Origin: a virus
DNA length: 64,000 bases
IMG/VR virus record: IMGVR_UViG_3300044970_002959
Coordinates: 1-64,000 of that record
Strand: one strand, 5' to 3'
The position numbers and the translations under genes are program-made. Below the pieces are notes generated by a model. The model saw only the letters and a program-made list of their open reading frames with translations, searched no databases and had not been told where the DNA came from. Below, in pieces: positions 1 to 9,653 of this stretch (its first letter is position 1; each line of letters starts with the position of its first letter).

Positions 1-252
1 GAGTTTGATCTTAATAATGTATTAGAGTATCCAGTAGGATCAACAATTCCAAAGAGACTGTGGAGCAAAATTAGAATATCTCCTCAGTACTTACTCAAGC
101 ACATAATAGAACTACAGACCGATCACGGAATTCACGTTATATTTTGTGGTAGCACAAGCAATGCAGAGAAAACTGCTCTAGCGATAATGAAGAGGGTTTT
201 TAAGATGAATCCTCCAGAAGTCAATAACCAAGAGGATTCTAATAATGTATGA
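1..252 (+). CDS. 5'-truncated ORF, probable ERCC4/XPF-like nuclease C-terminal part
   Basis: Frame 1 is open from the window edge to TGA at 250-252: EFDLNNVLEYPVGSTIPKRLWSKIRISPQYLLKHIIELQTDHGIHVIFCGSTSNAEKTALAIMKRV. The 'GIHVIFC...AE' ending resembles ERCC4-domain C-termini. It overlaps the terminase start and is not in the ORF track. Confidence 0.55.
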   Translation, partial: EFDLNNVLEYPVGSTIPKRLWSKIRISPQYLLKHIIELQTDHGIHVIFCGSTSNAEKTALAIMKRVFKMNPPEVNNQEDSNNV

Positions 253-2251
253 AGATGCTTGGCTAAATCTAGGAGATTTATCTAAACTCAAAATAGTTAA
301 TAATCCAATGATCCACAGATCAAAGGAAGAGATAGAGCGTCCCGACATACATTTATTAAGACTACTTATTGATCCAGCAAACTTCGGATCAACATGCAAG
401 CTTTTATTTGATATAGAACTTCACCCAATTCAGATAGCAATACTACAGGAATTTTGGATTCGTCCTTTTCCAATGTTTATCGCTAGTCGTGGCTTTGGTA
501 AGTCTTTTCTAATGGCCTTATATTGTACGCTACGCTGCATACTACGTCCCGGAACAAAGATCGTTGTAGTGGGTGCTGCTTTTCGACAGAGTAAATTAGT
601 TTTTGAATATATGGAAACATTGTGGCGTAATAGCGCGATACTTCGTAGCATATTTAATGGAAACGATGATGGTCCGCGACGAGATGTTGATAGATGCACA
701 ATGAGACTAGGGGATAGCTGGACAATAGCTATTCCAATGGGTGATGGTAGCAAAATCAGAGGTTTAAGAGCACATATTATTATTGCTGACGAGTTTGCTT
801 CTATTAGTCCCGACATCTACGAAACCGTAGTTTCAGGCTTCGCTGCCGTTTCTGCCACGCCAATTATGAACGTGAAGAAAGAAGCAAAGAAACAAGCCAT
901 GAAAGACGCTGGCATCTGGAACGAAGACTTGGAACAACTAAGCCAAACTATGGGTAACCAAGCTATTATTGCTGGCACAGCAGATTATGCTTTTAAACAT
1001 TTCGCTTCGTACTGGAAAAGATATAGTGGTATTGTTAATAGTTGTGGAGATCCTCATAAGCTTAAGGAATTGTTTGGAGAAAATCCACCAGACAACTTTA
1101 ATTGGAAAGACTATAGTATAGTTCGTATTCCATATGAATTGATTCCAAAAGGATTCATGGATGATAAGCAGGTAGCTAGAGCCAAAGCAACTATTCATAG
1201 TGGCATATACAATATGGAATATGCTGCGTGTTTCACAGAAGACAGCGATGGTTTTTTCAGAAGAAGTCTTATCGAAAGTTGTGTGGTAAGTACAGAAAAT
1301 CCAGTTGTTCATAACGGAGAAACAATACTATTTGACGTTAGGATCAAGGGAGATCCGAAACTCAAATATGTTTATGGTATCGACCCAGCATCCGAAAAAG
1401 ATAATTTCAGTATTGTAATTATAGAGTGTCATCCAACCCATAATCGTATAGTATATTCTTGGACTACAAATAGAACTAATTTTAAAGAGCGTCAAAAAGC
1501 AGGGCTTATTAATGAGCATGATTTCTATGGTTTTTGCGCTAGAAAAATACGAAATCTTATGAAGGTTTTTCCTTGTGAGAGAATAGGCTTAGATGCACAG
1601 GGAGGCGGTGTGGCTATTGAAGAGGCTCTTCACGACCCCAGCAAGCTAGAAGAAGGGGAAATTTTGATTTGGCCAGTAATAGAAGAAAAAAGTAAAGACA
1701 CAGATGATCAACAAGGACTTCATATTCTAGAGTTGGTGCAGTTTGCCAGAGCAGAATGGACTAGTTCCGCGAATCATGGACTAAGAAAAGATTTTGAAGA
1801 TAAAGTTTTATTATTTCCCAGATTCGATGATCTAAGCTTAGCTTTAGCTCTAGATAAAGAAAATAAAGACATTCTTACCGCAGATTTAACTCCCATTTAT
1901 GATAGCGAAAGCGAATGCATACTAGAAATAGAAGAACTTAAGAATGAATTAACCACCATAGTAATGACACAAACTAGTACCGGATCAGGAGGTAGAGACA
2001 GATGGGATACTCCGGATGTTAAGTTGCCCAACGGTAAAAAGGGCAAATTAAGAAAAGATAGATATAGCGCATTAGTTATTGCTAATATGTTAGCTAGACA
2101 ACTTTCTAGAGGATTGGCCCCAATAGATTATGATATCATTGGCACAACCACCCAAAACGCTAATCAAAACCAAAGCGGTCAAATGTATAAGGGTCCCGCA
2201 TGGTTTACCGATGGAGCCAACGACGACATATACGGCGGAATATATAAATAA
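245..2251 (+). CDS. terL: terminase large subunit
   Basis: Walker A ASRGFGKS, Walker B IIIADEFA, RNase H-like YGIDPA and C-terminal KDRYSAL; first gene of the head module. Confidence 0.93.
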   Translation: MYEDAWLNLGDLSKLKIVNNPMIHRSKEEIERPDIHLLRLLIDPANFGSTCKLLFDIELHPIQIAILQEFWIRPFPMFIASRGFGKSFLMALYCTLRCILRPGTKIVVVGAAFRQSKLVFEYMETLWRNSAILRSIFNGNDDGPRRDVDRCTMRLGDSWTIAIPMGDGSKIRGLRAHIIIADEFASISPDIYETVVSGFAAVSATPIMNVKKEAKKQAMKDAGIWNEDLEQLSQTMGNQAIIAGTADYAFKHFASYWKRYSGIVNSCGDPHKLKELFGENPPDNFNWKDYSIVRIPYELIPKGFMDDKQVARAKATIHSGIYNMEYAACFTEDSDGFFRRSLIESCVVSTENPVVHNGETILFDVRIKGDPKLKYVYGIDPASEKDNFSIVIIECHPTHNRIVYSWTTNRTNFKERQKAGLINEHDFYGFCARKIRNLMKVFPCERIGLDAQGGGVAIEEALHDPSKLEEGEILIWPVIEEKSKDTDDQQGLHILELVQFARAEWTSSANHGLRKDFEDKVLLFPRFDDLSLALALDKENKDILTADLTPIYDSESECILEIEELKNELTTIVMTQTSTGSGGRDRWDTPDVKLPNGKKGKLRKDRYSALVIANMLARQLSRGLAPIDYDIIGTTTQNANQNQSGQMYKGPAWFTDGANDDIYGGIYK

Positions 2252-2252
2252 T

Positions 2253-2268
2253 AGTGTATAATACTATT
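2253..2268 (+). promoter_or_regulatory. putative phage late promoter (GTGTAT-AT-rich) before portal
   Basis: AGTGTATAATAC in the terL-portal gap; a related motif recurs in other intergenic gaps of the structural module. Confidence 0.5.
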
Positions 2269-2298
2269 GCATTTCGATTACAATACTAATGAGAAATC

Positions 2299-4488
2299 AT
2301 GAATAAAAAATATCCAAAAAGCGAAGCTATACAAAACGCACAAATATCCGAAGAAAAGGCCTATGTAACCTGGGGTGAAGATCTAGATAGCAAAAAAGAG
2401 GCTTTAGATAAAACATCCGGATGCTTAGATGAATATGGCCTATTTAGAAGCAGTGCTGGATATAGAGGTAGAACTAATGATTTTTCAAGTATTATACCCG
2501 GTATATCTAGTCGCCCAGGACTTACTCGCCTAGGATACGACTACTTTCGTCCGGGAGAATCAGTTCCAACACAAATTAAAGAAATCATAAGAAGAGCAGA
2601 TGAAATATACCAGAGTGTTGGGCTCGTTAAAAACGTAATAGATCTTATGGGTGATTTTGCTGTACAGGGAATAAAGCTATCTTGTAAGAGCAAAAGAACA
2701 GAACGATTTTACAGGAAGTGGTTTAAGAAAATCAATGGCAAGGATCGCAGTGAAAGATTTCTTAATAATATTTACAAAACAGGAAATGTTGTAATTAATA
2801 GACAGACAGCAAAGATAAGTCTCAAAACACAAGAATCTTTTTTTAGAGCAACAGCATCCCCAGACACAACAGAGAATGATACAGACACAGTTTCTGTAGA
2901 TAAGAGAGAAATTCCTTGGAGATACACATTTATAGATCCTGTGTATGTTCATGTTGCTGCTGGTGCTTTATCTTCTTTTGTTGGTCAGAAAAGATATGAG
3001 CTAGTTTTACCATCACAACTCAGGAAGGTAATCAACTCACCCAAAACAGAAAATGAACAAGCGATCATTCTTGGGCTACCATCTCAAATCATAGAAGCAG
3101 CAAAAAACAAGAAGCCATACCCTCTAGATCCTCAGAAAACTATTGTTTATCACTACAAGAAGGATGATTGGCAAGCATGGGCATTTCCCATGATTTATTC
3201 TATTATGGATGATATCACAGTTATTGAAAAACTAAAGCTAGCAGATATGGCAGCTTTGGACGGAGCTATTTCCAATATTAGAATATTCAAACTAGGAAGC
3301 TTAGAACATAAGATAGCTCCCACTAAAGCAGCAGCCGCGAAACTTTCTGCTATTTTACAAAACAATGTTGGTGGTGGAACAATGGATCTTGTGTGGGGTC
3401 CAGATATCGAGTTAATAGAGAGCAATACCAATGTACATCAATTCTTAGGCGAAGCTAAATATATTCCACATCTTAATTCTATTTATGCTGGTCTTGGTAT
3501 TCCGCCAACACTAACAGGAACATTCGGGGCGGCAGGCACAACAAATAATTTTATCAGCCTAAAAACCCTAACTCAAAGACTACAGTACGGAAGAGATCTT
3601 CTTGTTTCTTTCTGGGAAAAAGAAATAGAAATTGTTCAAAAGGCTATGGGTTTTAAGTATGCGGCAAAGGTAGAGTTTGACAGAATGGATCTCAGTAATG
3701 AAGATGCAGAAAAAGCTCTATTAATCCAGCTAGCAGATAGAAATCTTATTAGCGATGAATTATTACAGACCCGATTTGGTTTCGATCCAGATATGGAAAG
3801 ATTCAGAATCAATAAAGAAGACAGAGATCGCAAGAATAAGAAAACTCCAGCTAAGGCTGGTCCTTTTTATGATGCGAAGTTTGAAGAAACTCTTAAAAAG
3901 ACCGCACTACAGTTAGGAATAGTAACGCCAAGCCAAGTGGGTCTAGAGTTGGAGAAGAAAAAAGCTGGAGAGAAGAGCGCTCTAGAAATGAAAGGTCCGT
4001 CAGGAGCAAACTCAGTTAAAGATTCCTCAGAATCTTTAAAAGGAGTACCACAGCAAGGCAGACCCAGAAATTCAACAGACACAAAAAAGAGAAAGACCAA
4101 AGAGTTCGCGCCGCAAACAGGAGCAAAGCTTCACCTATGGGCTAATGAAGCCCAGGACACTATAGCGGAATTGATAAACCCCACACTACTCGAATTCTAT
4201 AACAAAAAAAATATGAGAAGCTTATCTAGTGAAGAATACAATGAAGCAGAAACGACAAGGACAAAGCTCCTCCTATCTTCTGCACCATATTCTTTAATAT
4301 CACAAGATAATATTATTAAAACTCTAGCAAATTTAGACAATAATATTAATACCATATATTCTAAATATTTAGACTTTTTACGAGAAACTAAAAATGCTTT
4401 TAATAGAGATTTAACAGTAAACGAATTAAGAGATGTTAAGTCTTATTTTTATTCTATGGTGTATGAAAATCTACAAAATGGAGCATAA
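2299..4488 (+). CDS. portal protein
   Basis: 729 aa between terminase and protease; helical portal-like features and a low-complexity C-terminal GRP motif. Confidence 0.8.
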   Translation: MNKKYPKSEAIQNAQISEEKAYVTWGEDLDSKKEALDKTSGCLDEYGLFRSSAGYRGRTNDFSSIIPGISSRPGLTRLGYDYFRPGESVPTQIKEIIRRADEIYQSVGLVKNVIDLMGDFAVQGIKLSCKSKRTERFYRKWFKKINGKDRSERFLNNIYKTGNVVINRQTAKISLKTQESFFRATASPDTTENDTDTVSVDKREIPWRYTFIDPVYVHVAAGALSSFVGQKRYELVLPSQLRKVINSPKTENEQAIILGLPSQIIEAAKNKKPYPLDPQKTIVYHYKKDDWQAWAFPMIYSIMDDITVIEKLKLADMAALDGAISNIRIFKLGSLEHKIAPTKAAAAKLSAILQNNVGGGTMDLVWGPDIELIESNTNVHQFLGEAKYIPHLNSIYAGLGIPPTLTGTFGAAGTTNNFISLKTLTQRLQYGRDLLVSFWEKEIEIVQKAMGFKYAAKVEFDRMDLSNEDAEKALLIQLADRNLISDELLQTRFGFDPDMERFRINKEDRDRKNKKTPAKAGPFYDAKFEETLKKTALQLGIVTPSQVGLELEKKKAGEKSALEMKGPSGANSVKDSSESLKGVPQQGRPRNSTDTKKRKTKEFAPQTGAKLHLWANEAQDTIAELINPTLLEFYNKKNMRSLSSEEYNEAETTRTKLLLSSAPYSLISQDNIIKTLANLDNNINTIYSKYLDFLRETKNAFNRDLTVNELRDVKSYFYSMVYENLQNGA

Positions 4489-4491
4489 ACA

Positions 4492-5928
4492 ATGATTGTA
4501 TATCCACAAGAAACTGCTGACAATATTGGCGATTTAATCTCAGCAGCTACTACACTAACCATAGCCTCTGTGGCCGAACCATCCAATACCTCTATCTTAG
4601 AGAAGGCTAAGGCTAGCCATCATTTAGCGGATAAGTTTACTACTCTAGCTTCTTACGAGGATAAAGACCTATATTACGTTCAGTCTATCCTGGTTTCTTC
4701 ATCATGGAATAAAAATGATGATATTTTTACTAGTGAAGAGGTCTGGGCAGCAAAAAGAACGCCGGAAGATAAGCCCACCAACTTAGAACATAATGAAAGT
4801 CTTATCATAGGGCATATAGTGGCCAATTGGCCCATAAGTGACGACGGACAGCTATTAGACGAAAATCTAGAAGTCTCTCAATTACCAGAAAAATTTCATA
4901 TTGTTACTGGTTCTGTTATTTATAGGGCTTTTTCAACACCAGAACTAAAAGAAAGAGCAGAGAAATTAATAGCAGAAATAGAGAATGGCACAAAATATGT
5001 TAGCATGGAATGTATGTTTGGTGGATTTGATTATGGTCTAATTAATAAAACAACCGGTGAGTATAAAATATTAACTAGATCTAATGAAACAGCATTTCTT
5101 ACTAAGCATCTTAGAGCCTACGGAGGCAAAGGTGAATATGATAATCATAAAGTCGGAAGAGTCCTTAGAAATATAACATTTTCAGGAAAGGGCTATGTAG
5201 ATAAGCCAGCCAACCCAGACAGTATTATATTCACGAAAGAAAATTTCATCGGATCCTCTATAGCAAAAAATACAGAAAATGATTTATCAGGTGTATCTGA
5301 AATAAGACCAAATTATACGGAGAACAAAATAATGAATTCAGAAGATCTAACCACAGAACTCAATGAGAAGATTGCGGCCCTCGAAGCTGCTCTTAAGGCA
5401 GAGCAAGAAGCTCACTCAGCTCTTCAGAATGAGGTTGCAGAAGCAGCCAAAAAGACTGAAGACGAAAAGAAAACAAAAGAAGACGAAATGCAAAAGATGA
5501 AGGCTGAGATTCTCTCATTAGAAGAGGCTGTAGCCGCATATAAGTCTAAAGAAGAAGAAGCCCTCAAGAAAGAAAAGAAGATGAAAAGAATGGCTTCTCT
5601 TCTTGAGAATGGTCTTGAAGAAACAGAAGCTTCTTTAGCCGTAGAAAAGTTTGAGTCTCTTGAAGATGAGGCTTTTGATGCTATGGTTGCTTTAGTAACC
5701 AGCGCAGCCAAAAAGGCCAAGGTTGAACCAAAAACAGAAGAGACAAAAGTAAAAAGTGAAGAAGTCACCGAAACAGTAGAAGATGCTCTAGACAACGCCG
5801 AACCCGATACTAGCGATATTGATCTTAGCGCTGGTAGCGATGCTAGTGAGAGCATAAATACTACTCGCGCGGCTTTAGTTGATTTTGTATGTGCTAGACT
5901 AGGTAAGAAACTTAATAAGGGAGAATAA
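4492..5928 (+). CDS. prohead protease with C-terminal coiled-coil scaffold
   Basis: NKNDD-F, PTNLEH, IIGH, YVSMEC and GKGYVDKPAN motifs of HK97/T4-type maturation proteases, followed by an E/K/A-rich coiled coil. Confidence 0.8.
   Translation: MIVYPQETADNIGDLISAATTLTIASVAEPSNTSILEKAKASHHLADKFTTLASYEDKDLYYVQSILVSSSWNKNDDIFTSEEVWAAKRTPEDKPTNLEHNESLIIGHIVANWPISDDGQLLDENLEVSQLPEKFHIVTGSVIYRAFSTPELKERAEKLIAEIENGTKYVSMECMFGGFDYGLINKTTGEYKILTRSNETAFLTKHLRAYGGKGEYDNHKVGRVLRNITFSGKGYVDKPANPDSIIFTKENFIGSSIAKNTENDLSGVSEIRPNYTENKIMNSEDLTTELNEKIAALEAALKAEQEAHSALQNEVAEAAKKTEDEKKTKEDEMQKMKAEILSLEEAVAAYKSKEEEALKKEKKMKRMASLLENGLEETEASLAVEKFESLEDEAFDAMVALVTSAAKKAKVEPKTEETKVKSEEVTETVEDALDNAEPDTSDIDLSAGSDASESINTTRAALVDFVCARLGKKLNKGE
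5332..5928 (+). CDS. putative nested in-frame scaffold protein (internal start M281)
   Basis: GGAGA at 5319-5323 lies 8 nt before an in-frame ATG (5332) at the start of the coiled coil; GGTGTA motif at 5290. Confidence 0.55.
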   Translation: MNSEDLTTELNEKIAALEAALKAEQEAHSALQNEVAEAAKKTEDEKKTKEDEMQKMKAEILSLEEAVAAYKSKEEEALKKEKKMKRMASLLENGLEETEASLAVEKFESLEDEAFDAMVALVTSAAKKAKVEPKTEETKVKSEEVTETVEDALDNAEPDTSDIDLSAGSDASESINTTRAALVDFVCARLGKKLNKGE

Positions 5929-5931
5929 CAA

Positions 5932-6387
5932 ATGGCTCTTAAATCAGATCGTATTGAAGCCCTAACAGATATCTCGTTCTTCATGAACACAACTGCCGAG
6001 CGAGGTGGTGTTGTTAGTGCAGTAACAAGTGGTTCTGGCGTTGCAATGGATGACGCTAATGCTGTCGTAGCCTATGCGGCTGCTGCTTCCGGAGCAAAGC
6101 CCGTCGGTGTCCTTCTAAACGATGTTGTTGATCTTGATCTAACAAGACAGCACATCAACTGGCACAAAGACGAAGTTCAGGTTGGCGGTAAGGTCACTGT
6201 TCTACGTCAAGGCCAAGTGGTTACGAACATGCTTGTAAGCGGCGTCACCCCCACAGCCGGCACACCAGCTTATGTTGGTGCAAACGGTTTAATCGGTACA
6301 TCGAGTACAAACGCTGTTCAAATCGGTTCATTCTTGAGCGGTAAAGATGCCGATGGTTACGCCAAGTTATCAGTCAACATTGCCTAA
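5932..6387 (+). CDS. capsid decoration/cement protein
   Basis: 151 aa, Gly/Ala/Val-rich beta protein directly upstream of the major capsid gene; GGAGA RBS. Confidence 0.65.
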   Translation: MALKSDRIEALTDISFFMNTTAERGGVVSAVTSGSGVAMDDANAVVAYAAAASGAKPVGVLLNDVVDLDLTRQHINWHKDEVQVGGKVTVLRQGQVVTNMLVSGVTPTAGTPAYVGANGLIGTSSTNAVQIGSFLSGKDADGYAKLSVNIA

Positions 6388-6401
6388 TAAGGGAGAAAAA
6401 A

Positions 6402-7412
6402 ATGTCAGTGAATAATAAAGCATTTGAGCCTACTCCAGAACTTACAGATCTTTTGATTCGTTCTGGTTCGTTAAACAAAGAGGAAGCGCTAGCCGCAAAC
6501 GCAGAGTTTGCAAAGGCTCTTGAACTTCCTTTAAGGCAAGGTATTCTAAATGGCGATATTCTAAGCGGCATCTTTGAGCCAATCCAACTCAATCAAGGTG
6601 CTACTCCAGAATTCCCACTCGATTTCCTTGCTCCAGGTACAGAGAAGGATTTCGTAGCCTATACGATTCCTAATCACGGTTATATTCCAGAGCGTCACGT
6701 TGAAGGCGATTACGTCATGGTTCCAACCTATGACGTTGGCGCTTCAATCGACTATCTTCTAAAGTATGCCAGAGACGCCCGTTGGGACGTTGTTGGTCGT
6801 GCTATGGAAGTTATGGAAGCTCAGTTCGTTAAGAAGATGAACGACGACGGCTGGCACACACTGCTCGCTGCTGGCGTTGATCGTAACATCGTGGTATTCG
6901 ATAGCGATGCTGCCGCTGGTCAATTTACCAAGCGTCTAGTTTCGCTAATGAAGACCGTAATGCGTAGAAACGGTGGCGGTAACTCCACATCAGCCAATCG
7001 TGGCAAGCTCACAGACCTCTATGTGTCACCAGAAGCGATGGAAGACATTCGCAACTGGGGCATTGATCAGGTCGATGAGGTTACTCGCAGAGAGATTTAC
7101 GTGGCTGCTGACGGCACTCTTAACCGTGTCTTCGGTGTTAACCTCCACGATCTCGACGAGCTTGGCGAGGGTCAAGAATACCAACTCTTCTATAGCAATG
7201 TTCTTGCTGGTACTCTACCAGCCAGCGACGTTGAGCTAGTTGTTGGTCTTGATATGACCAAGAGAGATAGCTTCATTATGCCAGTTCGCGAAGCTGTACA
7301 AATCTTCGAAGACGATACTCTCCATCGTCAGAAGAGAGCAGGCTTCTACGGCTGGGCAGAGCAGGGCTTCGCGGTTCTCGACAACCGTAGAGTTCTCCTT
7401 GGCTCGCTATAA
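6402..7412 (+). CDS. major capsid protein (HK97 fold)
   Basis: 336 aa after scaffold and decoration genes; GGGAG RBS, high-expression codon usage, followed by a strong terminator. Confidence 0.85.
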   Translation: MSVNNKAFEPTPELTDLLIRSGSLNKEEALAANAEFAKALELPLRQGILNGDILSGIFEPIQLNQGATPEFPLDFLAPGTEKDFVAYTIPNHGYIPERHVEGDYVMVPTYDVGASIDYLLKYARDARWDVVGRAMEVMEAQFVKKMNDDGWHTLLAAGVDRNIVVFDSDAAAGQFTKRLVSLMKTVMRRNGGGNSTSANRGKLTDLYVSPEAMEDIRNWGIDQVDEVTRREIYVAADGTLNRVFGVNLHDLDELGEGQEYQLFYSNVLAGTLPASDVELVVGLDMTKRDSFIMPVREAVQIFEDDTLHRQKRAGFYGWAEQGFAVLDNRRVLLGSL

Positions 7413-7440
7413 TTGAATTGCTGAGATAAGCAAAGAAGAA

Positions 7441-7471
7441 GGGCTGGCCTTAGTGCCGGCCCTTTTTTTTT
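7441..7471 (+). terminator. rho-independent terminator after major capsid gene
   Basis: GGGCTGGC-cttagt-GCCGGCCC stem followed by a 9-T run. Confidence 0.9.
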
Positions 7472-7472
7472 A

Positions 7473-7489
7473 GGTGTATATTAATAGTA
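7473..7489 (+). promoter_or_regulatory. putative late promoter GGTGTATATTAATAGTA
   Basis: Immediately after the capsid terminator, where transcription must restart for the neck genes. Confidence 0.6.
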
Positions 7490-7561
7490 TGGAGTGGCCG
7501 TCAAAAGCGCACAGACTGACTTACTATTACTAATCAAATAACATAAGAAGGAAATTTAATT

Positions 7562-8086
7562 ATGTCTTGGCAAAACGAATTAACAATAATAGTAAGAACC
7601 TTAATTAATGATCTTACCGAACCTTATCAGTTTTCGGATTCCAGAATACAACAGGTCCTAACAGTATCTGGTAAATACGTACAATTTGATGTAAATTTAG
7701 ACCATTCCTATCAAATAGATGTTGTTAATAGTAGTATTAGTCCAGATCCAACAGAAGATAATGATAGTGTTTTTATAAGTTTGGTTTGTTTAAAAGCGGC
7801 ATGTATTATAGATCAAAGTATTTACAGAACCAAGGCTGCTATGGAAGGTATACGAGCTGCCCTAGGGCCAGCTACCTTAGCTATTAGTGGTCAAAGCTCC
7901 GCATGGAGAACAATGCTTGAAAACGGCCCGTGCGCTTCCTATGAAGAGCTTACATCCCACTGGGATGTTAAAGAGGCCACTGCTATTGCGGCAATTCTTA
8001 GTCCCTTTGCAGGGAATAAGTTTGATCCAGAACTACAAAATATTAGAGCAAATAACGGATACCGAAACTCTTTTTATAATCCATAA
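7562..8086 (+). CDS. putative head-tail adaptor
   Basis: First gene after the capsid gene; 'VRTLINDLTEPYQFSD' N-terminus typical of connector proteins. Confidence 0.5.
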   Translation: MSWQNELTIIVRTLINDLTEPYQFSDSRIQQVLTVSGKYVQFDVNLDHSYQIDVVNSSISPDPTEDNDSVFISLVCLKAACIIDQSIYRTKAAMEGIRAALGPATLAISGQSSAWRTMLENGPCASYEELTSHWDVKEATAIAAILSPFAGNKFDPELQNIRANNGYRNSFYNP

Positions 8087-8097
8087 GGAAACTTATT

Positions 8098-8505
8098 ATG
8101 TCTTTTTGTGTCACTGTATTTAGTGTACTAGAGGATCCACAAGAGAATGACTCTTGCTTTGTTGTACAGCCCACAAACTTAACTATCAATAAAGGTAGTG
8201 CCTACAAGATTGTGTATAAGGCCACAAAGTCTGGAAGCGCAGCTAACCTAAGTGGATATAGCCTAAGAGGACAGATAAGGCCCTCCGCTTCGTCTAGTGA
8301 AATTCTTTTGAATATGACCAGCGCAAACCTATTACTTCAAATAGACCTTTCTCTTGGTGCTATCGTAATGAATTTACCAGAGAGCTTTACCAGAAGAGTA
8401 GCTCAATCTATTGCTTATTATGATATAGAATTAATCAATAGTCAAGCTCAAACAGCAAGAGTTGTTCAGGGTCTTATTACGTTTGTTCCGGAAGTTACTA
8501 GATGA
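8098..8505 (+). CDS. virion structural protein (BppU-N-like beta-sandwich)
   Basis: 'NLSGYSLRGQIR...YYDIEL...VVQGLITFVPEVTR' pattern common in phage structural proteins. Confidence 0.45.
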   Translation: MSFCVTVFSVLEDPQENDSCFVVQPTNLTINKGSAYKIVYKATKSGSAANLSGYSLRGQIRPSASSSEILLNMTSANLLLQIDLSLGAIVMNLPESFTRRVAQSIAYYDIELINSQAQTARVVQGLITFVPEVTR

Positions 8506-9014
8506 ATATCATAACGCCACAACTAAAAGAAATCTATAAGTCTTTTATAGATGAACTATTAAGATCAAACTCTTTATCTTTGCCTTGCAAACTCATATAC
8601 GGATCCTCCTCCATCACTCCATGCCCAAACTGCATTATAGATCCTATTTCTTCTAAGTCTAGCAATAACTATAACTCTCCTAGCGGTCCTATTCCATTTG
8701 CTGATGGTCAAATTTGCCCGTACTGTAGAGGTTTGGGAGGAACATATTCAGAAGCCAATGAAATTGTAGATATGTTAGTTGTGTTTGATTACAAGTACTG
8801 GGTCGGCTTTGATTCTACAGTGCATAAGCCGGAAGGTATGATTCAAACTATTAGCAAATTGCAAGACCTTCCTAAGCTTAATAGTTGTAATAAAATTATT
8901 GTTGATACAAATATTATAAACTATACAGAAGCTTATTTTCAAAGAAACTCGGAACCACAACCAGCAGGATTCGGAGAAAGCTCGTATCTATTCACCTTCT
9001 GGAAAAAAATATGA
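8502..9014 (+). CDS. putative head-closure protein with CxxC..CxxCxGxG zinc finger
   Basis: CPNC and CPYCRGLG motifs; neck-gene position. Confidence 0.45.
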   Translation: MNIITPQLKEIYKSFIDELLRSNSLSLPCKLIYGSSSITPCPNCIIDPISSKSSNNYNSPSGPIPFADGQICPYCRGLGGTYSEANEIVDMLVVFDYKYWVGFDSTVHKPEGMIQTISKLQDLPKLNSCNKIIVDTNIINYTEAYFQRNSEPQPAGFGESSYLFTFWKKI

Positions 9015-9652
9015 GCAAGCTATCTATTAATTTAAGTTTAGTAGAAACAAATGATAAAATTAGCAGGGATATTCTATCTGCCTTGTTACCGGATATTCAA
9101 GCATTCTTTAATAAAAAAATTAAGGTTGTTGAAGATTCTATAGCAGATATACTTATAAATAGCATAATGTCTGAACCAGAATATGCGTCATTAGTAAGTG
9201 GAACACTACTTCATGAGTTCGGCATACCTAATGCTGCTTCTAGGTTATCAGAAATTCTTAATGCTATCAGATCTGGCAAAAGTACAGAAATTAATTCTCC
9301 AGCTATATCTGGAAGTAGAATAAAGGGCGGTTTTAGACTAAAAATGGTAAAACAAGACTTTTCAGATTTATTATCTCTTGGTGGTGCTTCTTTTACAACC
9401 GAGCAAGGATCCATATTAAATTGGCTTAGGTGGCTATTGATAGAGGGCGATAGCGTTATTATCACCGACTACTCTTATTCTGTTGATGGTCCAGGAAAAT
9501 CAAGAACAGGTCTTGGAGTTATGGTTTCCGGAGGATCGTGGAGAGTGCCACCAGAATTTGCTGGTAATATAAAAAACAATTGGATAACTAGAGCAATAGA
9601 CAAAGCTATGCCACAAATAGAAGCATCCGTCACTAGAATAATGAGAGGATAA
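9011..9652 (+). CDS. putative neck/tail-completion protein
   Basis: Synteny; 'SRTGLGVM..W.VPPEFAG...NNWITRA' C-terminus. Confidence 0.4.
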   Translation: MSKLSINLSLVETNDKISRDILSALLPDIQAFFNKKIKVVEDSIADILINSIMSEPEYASLVSGTLLHEFGIPNAASRLSEILNAIRSGKSTEINSPAISGSRIKGGFRLKMVKQDFSDLLSLGGASFTTEQGSILNWLRWLLIEGDSVIITDYSYSVDGPGKSRTGLGVMVSGGSWRVPPEFAGNIKNNWITRAIDKAMPQIEASVTRIMRG

Positions 9653-9653
9653 A

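Noticed and set aside
5424-5990. 188-aa antisense ORF and the other antisense ORFs in the track (e.g. 18829..19536)
   Set aside because: They are shadow frames of strongly coding genes with biased codons and show no recognisable motifs.
7482-7529. Possible tRNA/ncRNA after the capsid terminator (TAATAGTA...TACTATTA inverted repeat)
   Set aside because: No cloverleaf, T-loop or CCA; the weak AT-rich stem overlaps the putative promoter.
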